Origin: Microgenomates group bacterium
GTDB lineage: Bacteria > Patescibacteriota > Microgenomatia > UBA10105 > UBA927
Direction: 5' to 3'
Assembly (NCBI GenBank): GCA_049287205.1
Contig: JBAQFJ010000001.1
Location: forward strand, 122,042 to 186,041
DNA length: 64,000 nt
The translations under genes were made by a program, and so were the position numbers. Below, piece after piece: positions 9,905 to 18,563 of this stretch. Under the pieces are notes generated by a model. That model worked only from the letters and a program-made list of their open reading frames with translations. It was not told the DNA's origin and searched no databases. Position 1 is the first letter of the stretch. Each line of letters opens with the position of its first letter.

Positions 9905-9948
9905 ACCCCCGCCAAGGTATTGGTATTTTTGGTGGGGGTTTTGTTTTG
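9905..9948 (+). terminator. intrinsic terminator after the 9099..9800 gene
   Basis: acccccgcc ... ggtgggggt stem (one G.U) followed by tttgtttt. Confidence 0.5.
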
Positions 9949-9961
9949 GAAAAAAGTGGGG

Positions 9962-10009
9962 AAAATAAAAAATTTCTGTCGGTTTTAGCACGTTGGGTTC
10001 AACCGACAG
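9962..10009 (-). terminator. intrinsic terminator after the 10042..10569 gene (convergent)
   Basis: Perfect 9-bp inverted repeat ctgtcggtt/aaccgacag; the minus strand is followed by aaattttttatttt. Confidence 0.5.
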
Positions 10010-10041
10010 ACGGTAATAAAAAAAACGTGGAATTGTTTGAC

Positions 10042-10569
10042 TTAGCGTTCGTCTAAAAGTTTGATGCAGTTGGTATGCAAAGCATCAAGTGGTGAAGCTG
10101 GAGTAGTGATGAACAAATCTGTTAATGCTTGTTGCGCTTCCTCCAACTCTTGACGCGGCCGATCAATAGTAGAATAGATCAGAAATATCTGTAGCTGTTT
10201 GAGCTTTTCTTTCGGTTTTGTTTCAGACTTGATGAAGTTCGGGAGTGTATTCTTAAGAATGTTGGTAACGGCTGCGATATACGATATTTTTTCGGCGCGA
10301 TTGATCGTAACGTTGGACAAGAGCTCTTTGGGTAATTGCTTTCGCGCTTCAGCGACAATCAGGTCTTCCGGTGACAGGAACAGTGTGTCCATCGCAATGA
10401 CAGCGCCGCGTATTGGCAACACTCTGGCGTACAAAAAGAGTTCTCTGATAAGGTAATCATCAACATTTCTTTTCTTGTGTGTGACGTCCCACAACACACA
10501 AGTAAGATATTCATATGTTTGGTTGAGAGTGAATCTCATGCGTGCACCTCCGTAGTTTAATATATTCAT
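10042..10569 (-). CDS. hypothetical protein
   Basis: 175 aa; overlaps the upstream ORF by 29-59 nt in another frame. No recognisable domain. Confidence 0.45.
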   Translation of the reverse strand: MNILNYGGARMRFTLNQTYEYLTCVLWDVTHKKRNVDDYLIRELFLYARVLPIRGAVIAMDTLFLSPEDLIVAEARKQLPKELLSNVTINRAEKISYIAAVTNILKNTLPNFIKSETKPKEKLKQLQIFLIYSTIDRPRQELEEAQQALTDLFITTPASPLDALHTNCIKLLDER

Positions 10570-11215
10570 TGATAAGCGTTTCAGTCTTGTTCAGGTGTTC
10601 TTTTGCTGTTTTTGAACAAATTGATGATCGTGCATTCTGTACGTTATTTAAAATACGTTGCCACAAATCCGTTGATTCTTGCTGAAATGCTGCATTTCTT
10701 TGAATAAACGTCGTGATATGAGACGCTATTGTTTCCTGTTGTTTTCCATTTGCAGTTTTCCATTGAATTTGCAACAACGGTACAATGTTGTGTGCGTTCT
10801 CCACATGTAGAAAACTGTTAATGATCAGTATTTTTTCACAGTCACTTTTACTGATGATGAGCATTTGTTTGATGACCTTAAGATGTTCACGATTACAGGA
10901 AAAAACAAGCTCAATTGCTTGTGTCGCCAGATCAACATGCAGGTGACTTATTGCGAGTCCCATGGTATTGAGAAATGAATCTCTTGCGCGTTTGGATAAC
11001 AGAGTATAAGCAGGAAGTTCCTCGCTGATTAATATGAACATTTTTTGGTAAAAGATTGTTGAGCGACTGAGTAACAATAGATTTTTGGCATACTTCATGA
11101 TCAATTGTTGTTTCATAGGTCTTTCTCCTTTTTTGAAGCAATATGAAATGAGCGCATATGATAGACAGATAGTGCAAATATGGGATACCCATACTGGTAC
11201 ATAACTGTCTACCAA
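10511..11215 (-). CDS. hypothetical protein (C-terminal R-x6-H, HEPN-like motif?)
   Basis: 234 aa (TTG start in the track; internal Met about 33 codons in). C-terminus ...LRRCTHEIHSQPNI. Weak. Confidence 0.45.
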   Translation of the reverse strand: MVDSYVPVWVSHICTICLSYALISYCFKKGERPMKQQLIMKYAKNLLLLSRSTIFYQKMFILISEELPAYTLLSKRARDSFLNTMGLAISHLHVDLATQAIELVFSCNREHLKVIKQMLIISKSDCEKILIINSFLHVENAHNIVPLLQIQWKTANGKQQETIASHITTFIQRNAAFQQESTDLWQRILNNVQNARSSICSKTAKEHLNKTETLINEYIKLRRCTHEIHSQPNI

Positions 11216-11368
11216 TGAAAGAAGAGAAACCTATATCCACGTTTTTGTTAAAGAGCGTCGAAGCCATCTCTATAAAAGTACACAACCGATGCTATATATC
11301 GGCGAGAGGGAATTGACGCCCTTATTATAGTGCAAGAAGCTGAGAAGTCAAAAATAGCCTATAATACT

Positions 11369-11397
11369 TGACAAATGGGATAAAATAGCCTATAATA
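11369..11397 (+). promoter_or_regulatory. consensus sigma-70-type promoter TTGACA-N17-TATAAT
   Basis: TTGACA 11369-11374, 17-nt spacer, TATAAT 11392-11397. Embedded in a 16-bp direct repeat aaaatagcctataata (11352-11367 and 11382-11397). Confidence 0.55.
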
Positions 11398-11435
11398 TGT
11401 TTCTTAGTGTTTTGCCTGCCGGTGAGATGTGAAGA

Positions 11436-11462
11436 AGCGCCGTCAGCGGCGCTTTTTTGTGC
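11436..11462 (+). terminator. intrinsic terminator about 40 nt downstream of the consensus promoter
   Basis: agcgccg-tcag-cggcgct hairpin followed by tttttt. Confidence 0.6.
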
Positions 11463-11626
11463 TCAAGCGCAGGCTGAAACATACCCCGGAGCAATTTGGG
11501 GTGCTCTTTACCAACCAGGTAGACAACTCCTCTTAGAGAATACGCAATACGCCGGTATGTGAATGAACATGGTATTCGTTCTCATTCAGGCGTCTTGCCA
11601 AATTCTTGTTTTTAGAGGAGTAAAAG

Positions 11627-12082
11627 ATGGGAAAGTTATTCGGTTTAGCTTTTTTTGTATTCATCGGTTTTCTAAGCCTTTTCTTTTTTGGAAAACCCGT
11701 CCATTTTGTTGAACAATCAGTGCAAGCTGCAGTGGTTGTTCCCGCACAAGATGATCCTGTTATTGAAGCTCATATTGTTGTAGCTTGTGAGAATACAGTG
11801 TCGTCATACATGGGAGTTTTTGACGACTCTCAGACAGCTGTTGATAGTTGCAAAGAAATATTATTGCAACACTATACCCATCGCGGTATATGGCCAGGCC
11901 CACAGATGGTAACTACTAACTGTTCTGCGGCGCATCTTGCTGCAAAAGAGGTTTCCGAAGCATGGGCAGGTCTGAATTTTTCTTCTGCTAGTATTACATT
12001 TACATATAGAGCAGAAGACGCTCGAGAAATTCTCATGCAATATATGAAACAGGAGCGAGAATTGCTCGAGCAGGGTCTGTGA
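11627..12082 (+). CDS. hypothetical membrane-anchored/secreted protein
   Basis: 151 aa; hydrophobic N-terminal segment; GAGGAG RBS upstream. Confidence 0.5.
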   Translation: MGKLFGLAFFVFIGFLSLFFFGKPVHFVEQSVQAAVVVPAQDDPVIEAHIVVACENTVSSYMGVFDDSQTAVDSCKEILLQHYTHRGIWPGPQMVTTNCSAAHLAAKEVSEAWAGLNFSSASITFTYRAEDAREILMQYMKQERELLEQGL

Positions 12083-12310
12083 TGAGGAGAAAAAGAAAAC
12101 AATTCTATTGAAGAAAGCTAACCGGACTGAGAGATTTTCTCTCTTTTATTTGTTCTACCTGGTTGCTTTCTCTTCCACGTAAAAAGTTACTTTGCACGGA
12201 AAAGAAAGCACCACTTCGCATGAAGCTTCGCGGTGCACAGCAAACTGTTTAGAGTTTTGCAACCTGCAAGAAATTCCCACTCCGCTAAAGCTTCGCGGGA
12301 CACGGCTAGT

Positions 12311-13063
12311 TTACAATTTTGCCACTTGGAGGAAATCCAATTCCACTGGGGTTTCTCGTCCGAAGATGGAAACAAGGACTTTGACTTTGCCTTTTTCTTC
12401 GTCCAAGGAATCGATGGTTCCCAAGAAATCCGAGAACGGTCCGTCGGTAATTTTGACTGCTTCGCCGACAGAGAAACTGGTTTTGTATTTCGGAGCTTCA
12501 AGCGCCATGAATTTCATGATGGCTGCAACTTCTGGTGCAGAAATAGGTGTTGGTTTGTCTCCGGTTCCCACGAACGCAGTCACTCCCTGTGTGGTTCTGA
12601 CGGCAAGCCAAGAGATATCATTGAGAATCATGCGAACCAAAATGTATCCTGGGAATATCTTTTCTTTTTGTTCTTCTTTTTTGCCGTGTTTGACGGTAAC
12701 GATGTTCCTTGTTGGTACGATGATATCAAAGATTTGATCTTTGAGTTTCATGGTATCAATGCGTTGTTTTAAGTTTGTTGCGACTTTGTTTTCATGACCT
12801 GAATAGGTGTGAACGACATACCATTTGGCGTTTTCCGGCACGTCAGTGCGGAGGACGACTTGCGGTTCATCTTTGGTGATATCCAACTTTTTTATAGCAG
12901 CTTTCGTTTTTGGCGGAACTTCTACGACAGGTTTTACCTCTACCTTTTTTTCTTCAGCAACCGGTGCTTCAACAACAGAAGTTTCTTGTACCACCTCATT
13001 GGTACTTATTGGGTTATTGGTATTTATTGAATCATTTGTTATATCGTCCATATTATCTCCCAA
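12311..13063 (-). CDS. nusG: transcription termination/antitermination factor NusG with N-terminal low-complexity extension
   Basis: NGN domain KWYVVHTYSGHENKV and KOW domain GEAVKITDGPFSDFLGTI; about 75 aa T/N/E/K/V-rich N-terminal extension. Confidence 0.9.
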   Translation of the reverse strand: MGDNMDDITNDSINTNNPISTNEVVQETSVVEAPVAEEKKVEVKPVVEVPPKTKAAIKKLDITKDEPQVVLRTDVPENAKWYVVHTYSGHENKVATNLKQRIDTMKLKDQIFDIIVPTRNIVTVKHGKKEEQKEKIFPGYILVRMILNDISWLAVRTTQGVTAFVGTGDKPTPISAPEVAAIMKFMALEAPKYKTSFSVGEAVKITDGPFSDFLGTIDSLDEEKGKVKVLVSIFGRETPVELDFLQVAKL

Positions 13064-13262
13064 AAATAAGAGCGGTTATACGTAAAAATGTGGTGTCCAA
13101 GATGCCGATGAATGCACCGACAATGACAGATATCGCGATAACGACAACCGTCAATTTCAGTGTTTCTTGTCTTGTTGGCCACGTTACTTTTTTTAGTTCG
13201 GCGATTACTTCCTGAACAAAATGTCCCGGTGTTTTTAATTTGGAAACTGCAGGTTTTTCCAT
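13053..13262 (-). CDS. secE: preprotein translocase subunit SecE
   Basis: 69 aa, single C-terminal TM; ...KKVTWPTRQETLKLTVVVI... typical SecE. Overlaps the nusG start. Confidence 0.85.
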   Translation of the reverse strand: MEKPAVSKLKTPGHFVQEVIAELKKVTWPTRQETLKLTVVVIAISVIVGAFIGILDTTFLRITALIFGR

Positions 13263-13361
13263 ATTTTCCCCTAACTAAAGACCCCTCCCGGGGTCGTTAC
13301 AAACAATAATACCAAAAACGACACCCATTGTAAAGATCTTTGTCCGGCATGCTGTGTGTCA

Positions 13362-15128
13362 TTAGTTTGTTTTATAGACATTCCAGACACACGCGTTATG
13401 ACTTGGTTGGGAATAGGGGGTTTGTACTGTGTCACAGGTATCTCCACCAGTCGGACATTGAGACGCAAGTCCGCCGCCTGTGACACAACTGTTGAGTTTT
13501 GTGGCGCAACTTTTGGTTTTTTCATCCCATCCATTGCCAAACTCCCAAAATCTGATAGCTGATTCTACGTTTTCGTCTTTCCACGCGGCACATGTCTGTG
13601 CTGTATCGGCGAGGGTAGAAACGAGTGAAATGCCGAAACATTTCTTTCCCGCAAATGCCGGCGCATATTGAAATCGGTGAACTGTTTTGGCAAGGGAAAA
13701 AATACCGTCGGTGAGATTGCAGGCGTTCAATGTTCTGTTTGGGTCTATAATTTTTACCGCGTCCGCAACATCTACCCAGTCTGATTTGAAGTAGGGAACA
13801 ATGTTATTGATAATGGATGCATTTACATCGCAGTTTGGCAAAGTGCTGCACCCGTCAAGATATTGATCAACGCCTGCAGTTTTAAACACCTTGTTTGGAT
13901 TAAACGCTCCTTCTCCATACATAACACCAAGCATGAGCGATGCGGGGACATTGTATGCGCTTGCTGCTGCCTCGATCGTTTCAATCAGTTTTGCTGAAAG
14001 TCCGAAGGAATTGTTTTTGAGTTTACATTCTGATTTGATGGTCAGTGTTGGAAGTGCGCCTGTGGTGCAGTCGGATGGTGTTGTGACATCTTGTTTACAT
14101 TTGTCGGATAAGCCGTATTTGTTTCTGAGGGCTTTGGGAAGTATTGCGCACTTCATATAGTTGGTTGCATCTTCTATTGCCTTCGTTCCAAGTGTGTGTG
14201 TTTTGATGTTTTGATTATCGCTGAACGCATTATCCTGTTCACCGCTCGTTTCATTTCCTGTGATGGTATGTGATACATGTGCGTATGTTTCTACGACGCC
14301 GCCGCTTTCCTGCACACGTTTTTGTTCTTCCTCACTTTTTAAGTAGGAGAGATCACCGCCTGCTGCGCATCCAGTAATGAGACAGTCCATGCTTTCTGCA
14401 TAGGGGGTAAGCTGTTTGGATGCAAGTGTTGCCTTGATAAGCCCGCCGGTACCAAAGATGCTTTTTAACAATTCCAGAAATCCGCCGGTATTGAAAAAGC
14501 CGCCAGTTGTTTTCACTGTTTTTGTTTCTTGTGTGTCACCTGTATCTGTTTCATCGCACAGCGGCGCATTTGCAATTTCCAACGGTTCGCGGTCTGTATT
14601 GTAATTGTAGTCTCCGTCAACAGGGGAGATGGAATATTTGCTGGTAATTGCAGCAGCAAATCGTGATGCTTGGTCGAGTGTAGAGAGTTCAGGAATGATT
14701 TCCGTTTTATATGCCTGTTTGCTTTCCTGCTCGACAATGGTGTTGTTCTCGTTGGTTTTGCAATACCGGGCGCGCCCTGAAATATACAAATTCTTTTCCT
14801 GATCAATCGTTTTTTCTTTGATGATATACGGAGTAAGAAAATGTACACCGTTTGCAAAAAAATTGGCAATTGTTTCCAGTTTTGGCACCTTAAAGTCTGT
14901 CCCCGTCGTCAAATTCACATCTTTTATGGTTATGGATATGGAAGGTTCTGTTCCACCGATGGAAAAAGGCACAGAGTTATCCAGCAGTACGTTTAGCGCG
15001 CCACCAGTATCGATTTGCCGAACGCTTGGGGAAGTGGGGATCGGAGTTGTTGTTTGTGCACGCACCGTATGTTCTGGTATAGCGCTCAGAGAAACAAGAA
15101 CAACGACAGCACAAAAAAACCGTTTCAT
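13362..15128 (-). CDS. secreted protein with putative lytic-transglycosylase (SLT-like) motif
   Basis: 588 aa; N-terminal signal peptide; Cys-rich C-terminal region; MLGVMYGEGAFNPN resembles the ES-x-FNP motif of SLT domains. Confidence 0.5.
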   Translation of the reverse strand: MKRFFCAVVVLVSLSAIPEHTVRAQTTTPIPTSPSVRQIDTGGALNVLLDNSVPFSIGGTEPSISITIKDVNLTTGTDFKVPKLETIANFFANGVHFLTPYIIKEKTIDQEKNLYISGRARYCKTNENNTIVEQESKQAYKTEIIPELSTLDQASRFAAAITSKYSISPVDGDYNYNTDREPLEIANAPLCDETDTGDTQETKTVKTTGGFFNTGGFLELLKSIFGTGGLIKATLASKQLTPYAESMDCLITGCAAGGDLSYLKSEEEQKRVQESGGVVETYAHVSHTITGNETSGEQDNAFSDNQNIKTHTLGTKAIEDATNYMKCAILPKALRNKYGLSDKCKQDVTTPSDCTTGALPTLTIKSECKLKNNSFGLSAKLIETIEAAASAYNVPASLMLGVMYGEGAFNPNKVFKTAGVDQYLDGCSTLPNCDVNASIINNIVPYFKSDWVDVADAVKIIDPNRTLNACNLTDGIFSLAKTVHRFQYAPAFAGKKCFGISLVSTLADTAQTCAAWKDENVESAIRFWEFGNGWDEKTKSCATKLNSCVTGGGLASQCPTGGDTCDTVQTPYSQPSHNACVWNVYKTN

Positions 15129-15220
15129 AACTGTTGTTTATCATAACAAATTGACATTCTCTTTGCACGGCGGATACAATTGAGGAACGATCGAAATATT
15201 TGTAAGGAGGACAATAGAGT

Positions 15221-16099
15221 ATGGAAATACGAAAACCGATTCGAAAAGCAATTATTCCAGCAGCCGGATTTGGCACACGATTCTTGCCGCAAACCAAAGC
15301 CATGCCTAAGGAAATGTTGCCGATCGTGGACAAACCGGTGATCCAGTATGTTGTTGAAGAATTGGTAGAATCAGGTATTACGGAAATTATCATCGTAACG
15401 GGATGGCATAAACGCGCTATCGAAGACCATTTTGATTATCCAAATGAACTGATCCAGACCTTAAAAGATCAGGGGAAAGAGGAAATGATTGAAGCAGTCA
15501 AACGTCCTGCGGAACTGGCAAACTTCGTGTATATCCGGCAAAAAGGACCGTATGGAAATGGAACACCAGTTTTATGTGCAAAGGATGTGATTGGGGACGA
15601 ACCGTTTGTTGTGATCTGGGGTGATGAATTTATTTACAGTCACCCGCCGCGCGCGAAACAGTGTCTTGATGTATTTGCAAAATATGGTGATCCTGTGATT
15701 TCTGCAATTCGTGTGCCAAAAGAGGATGTGTCCCGCTATGGAATCGTTGAAACAGTGGAGGTGGAAAAAAATGTTGGGCAGATAAAACGGCTGATTGAAA
15801 AACCGTCTGTTGCAGAGGCGCCTTCCAATCTTGCAGCGCATGGTTGCTATGTGTTGACCCCAGATATCTTTCCAATCCTTGAAAATTTGAAACCCGGAAA
15901 AAGCGGAGAAATATGGTTAACTGATGCAATCAGAGAATTGATGAAGCAGCGACCAGTGTATGCATGTGAGATCCAGAACGGGAAATACTATGATACCGGC
16001 AACAAACTGGAATATTTAAAAACTGTTGTTGAATTTGCACTCAACCACAAAGATTTAAATGGCGATTTCCGTGACTATTTGAAATCATTGAAATTATAA
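15221..16099 (+). CDS. galU: UTP--glucose-1-phosphate uridylyltransferase
   Basis: KAIIPAAGFGTRFLPQTKAMPKEMLPIVDKP... canonical GalU N-terminus. Confidence 0.9.
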   Translation: MEIRKPIRKAIIPAAGFGTRFLPQTKAMPKEMLPIVDKPVIQYVVEELVESGITEIIIVTGWHKRAIEDHFDYPNELIQTLKDQGKEEMIEAVKRPAELANFVYIRQKGPYGNGTPVLCAKDVIGDEPFVVIWGDEFIYSHPPRAKQCLDVFAKYGDPVISAIRVPKEDVSRYGIVETVEVEKNVGQIKRLIEKPSVAEAPSNLAAHGCYVLTPDIFPILENLKPGKSGEIWLTDAIRELMKQRPVYACEIQNGKYYDTGNKLEYLKTVVEFALNHKDLNGDFRDYLKSLKL

Positions 16100-16104
16100 C
16101 CCAC

Positions 16105-16638
16105 ATGAAACAATCCATCGCAAAACTAAAAGGATTAGGATATATCATTTGGCATGCCAGGCACATGCTGTATCATTTACTGATCGGTTTAGTGTGGGCG
16201 TGGTTTTTACGGGAAATGTGGGATGTATTCAGTTGGAAAATTACGCTTCTTGCTGTTTTCGGTTCGTTTTTTCCTGATATTGAACATTTGGTATATTTTC
16301 TTATTTCCGGCAGAAAAGACGAATACGCCAAACAGGTAAAAGCATTTTTTAAAGCACGGGAATGGCGGGTACTGACGTCGTTTATTGAAACAGGGCATAA
16401 GTACAATACAAATCTTTCCTATCATAATGTGTATTTTGTTGTGTTCTTACTCGTTCTTGCCATCATCTGTTTTTTGATTGATTGGGAAGCATGGATGGCA
16501 GTACTGGGCGCGATGGTGCTCCATTATTTGTTTGATATTGCAGATGATTACCGTACACTCGGTTATTTAAACGACAATTGGAAACGATGGGGGAACGGAA
16601 AAAAGAAAATTACAGCTTCAAATAAACGAGTGCGATAA
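16105..16638 (+). CDS. hypothetical integral membrane protein
   Basis: 177 aa, multiple hydrophobic segments. Confidence 0.5.
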   Translation: MKQSIAKLKGLGYIIWHARHMLYHLLIGLVWAWFLREMWDVFSWKITLLAVFGSFFPDIEHLVYFLISGRKDEYAKQVKAFFKAREWRVLTSFIETGHKYNTNLSYHNVYFVVFLLVLAIICFLIDWEAWMAVLGAMVLHYLFDIADDYRTLGYLNDNWKRWGNGKKKITASNKRVR

Positions 16639-17101
16639 CGAATAGTACTGCACTTTCTGCAATCATCACCGGATGCGTGAGATAGGTTTTTATAAACACC
16701 TTTTTGTTTTCCAGATGCATATCAGTGACTGAGTGAAGGACGTTGAAAAACTTTTTGTTGAATGGGTAGAGCCATCTGATGCCGCTTCGCATACAGGCTG
16801 TGTCCATGAGAAAATGACTGACAACGCCGATAGTGAGTATATGTATATATGGAAGGATGGTTGGATACAACGTTGCGACCACATACAAACATCCGATGAC
16901 GACCAACCAGAAAAGCGGTGTATGCATTAGGCTTTCCCGGTGATTTTTGGACATGGGAACGTATAATACATCGAAGTCCGGTAGATTTGCCGCAATGATA
17001 CTGAGCGGGTATATTACCTGAGATGCTGCGGGAATCATTCCTGTATCAACGGAAATTTTTGCAAGAACGATGCCGAATACTGTATGTGTAAATGTTGTCA
17101 T
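16610..17101 (-). CDS. membrane-bound metal-dependent hydrolase (YdjM/DUF457-like)
   Basis: 163 aa; MTTFTHTVFGIVLA... N-terminal His motifs and TM profile of YdjM-type hydrolases. Confidence 0.5.
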   Translation of the reverse strand: MTTFTHTVFGIVLAKISVDTGMIPAASQVIYPLSIIAANLPDFDVLYVPMSKNHRESLMHTPLFWLVVIGCLYVVATLYPTILPYIHILTIGVVSHFLMDTACMRSGIRWLYPFNKKFFNVLHSVTDMHLENKKVFIKTYLTHPVMIAESAVLFVIALVYLKL

Positions 17102-17192
17102 AATAGAGTGAAATATTACTATCGGACACTATTTGTACTCTAGAGATAGTTTATGCATAGTACGCGTGTGTTTTCATGTGCAACATCAGTGA

Positions 17193-17789
17193 TTATTTGC
17201 CGGGGGTAAATGTAGACACCATGGTGTCGAAAATCTGTATGCTTTCCGGAGTTGCTTTATTTTTTCCGGAATCATAAATTAATAGATATTGTGTATTCTT
17301 TATAGTAATTGGGCCGACGTGGATAACGGTGCCCGTATTGGAATATCCCATGATTCTATTTGTGAGTTGTCCTGCGACGGTAATTTGTTTGACTACATCT
17401 CCCTTGGTTACAAATTTTATGTTTGGATTCACGTTTTTCGGGTTGGAGACAATAAAAATAGAATATCCTGTATTTGGCGGAGACCATGTATCTAACGTAA
17501 CACTCGTTTTTAATTCAGAACTTTTGGTGTTTAACTCTGCCGGATATTTTGCCGCATAGCCGATTCCTGCAAACCCTTTCCATTCTGCTGTATCAAGAAA
17601 AGTAAGGTCGGGTGATGTGTCTGTCTGTATGATGTTATTTACCCGCGATGGTTGATTCTTTTGTTTCTGTGCGTAATATATCCAGAAACTGAGCGCAATA
17701 GAAAGAAGTACAGCAAGGACAATAATGCTTGTACTTTTTTTTGAGATATTGACCGATGTTTGCTGTGGGTCAATAGAATTGTCTTCCAT
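17193..17789 (-). CDS. hypothetical membrane-anchored protein
   Basis: 198 aa; single N-terminal TM, extracytoplasmic beta-rich domain. Confidence 0.5.
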   Translation of the reverse strand: MEDNSIDPQQTSVNISKKSTSIIVLAVLLSIALSFWIYYAQKQKNQPSRVNNIIQTDTSPDLTFLDTAEWKGFAGIGYAAKYPAELNTKSSELKTSVTLDTWSPPNTGYSIFIVSNPKNVNPNIKFVTKGDVVKQITVAGQLTNRIMGYSNTGTVIHVGPITIKNTQYLLIYDSGKNKATPESIQIFDTMVSTFTPGK

Positions 17790-17832
17790 ATATCAATAAC
17801 TATACCTATTCTTCTGTATTGTGTCTAGTCTG

Positions 17833-17901
17833 CAGGGGCGTCAGGATTCGAACCTGAAAGAGCGGTTTTGGAGACCGCCATGATACCGTTTCATCACGCC
17901 C
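17833..17901 (-). tRNA. tRNA-Trp (anticodon CCA)
   Basis: Minus strand GGGGCGT...GCGGT-CTCCAAA-ACCGC...TCAGG-TTCGAAT-CCTGA-CGCCCC. Anticodon loop has U33-CCA-A37. Short D-stem; no encoded CCA. Confidence 0.6.
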
Positions 17902-17927
17902 CTAATGTGTTTTTATTATATCATCGA

Positions 17928-18428
17928 TTACGGTGTGAGCGTGAGGGAGTTTACGATGGCGTTAAACGAGCTTCCAATGCCTGAAACAAGGACATCCATA
18001 CCTGTTCTTGGATGTTGGAGTATAAGGACATCAATGGGTGTGCCATCTTTTGGCGTTGCTGTGTGATATAGCGTTCCTGAAATGCTGCCGATGCTGATTG
18101 TTTCTGTATTTTTATCTTCGACTGCAATCCCCGGAATATCGTTTTGACAAACAAGAATGACTATGTCATTCGTGGTGGCAAATTTTGCACTGCCTGTTGC
18201 CGGTTCTGTGACGGTCATGGATTTTGGATACGACAGCGAAATTCTGCAGTAGTTGTTTGTATACGGCGTCATGATGACAGGTGATGGTGTCGGCGAAACG
18301 GCAACGATTCCAGTTGGTTGTATGGTAGCTGGTGGTTGCTTTTGCAGTTTGTTCCCGACATTAAATCCGACAAGAAGCGATGCGATAATGGCAAGAAAAA
18401 CAACGAGGATAAAAGTATTTTTATGCAT
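17928..18428 (-). CDS. hypothetical secreted/membrane-anchored protein
   Basis: 166 aa with N-terminal hydrophobic segment. Confidence 0.5.
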   Translation of the reverse strand: MHKNTFILVVFLAIIASLLVGFNVGNKLQKQPPATIQPTGIVAVSPTPSPVIMTPYTNNYCRISLSYPKSMTVTEPATGSAKFATTNDIVILVCQNDIPGIAVEDKNTETISIGSISGTLYHTATPKDGTPIDVLILQHPRTGMDVLVSGIGSSFNAIVNSLTLTP

Positions 18429-18545
18429 ATAAATACGCGCTGTTTGTATTATAGCGAATATTTTTTACACCTGCAGACGTGTTTTATAGAAAAATTTCAC
18501 GAGGAAAAATTTTGATTTGAAGCTAAGGCGAAGCTAGCTTTTCAC

Positions 18546-18560
18546 GAGGGTCTGACCCTG
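18546..18560. repeat. palindromic element, copy 3
   Basis: ttcacGAGGGTCTGACCCTG immediately after the rpmG stop. Confidence 0.8.
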
Positions 18561-18563
18561 CGA

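Noticed and set aside
9805-10056. 83-aa ORF between convergent genes.
   Set aside because: It spans two terminator hairpins and the translation is low-complexity. The region is better explained as a bidirectional terminator zone.
12187-12772. ORFs antisense to nusG (12192-12737, 12233-12772).
   Set aside because: Embedded antisense to a conserved gene. Spurious.
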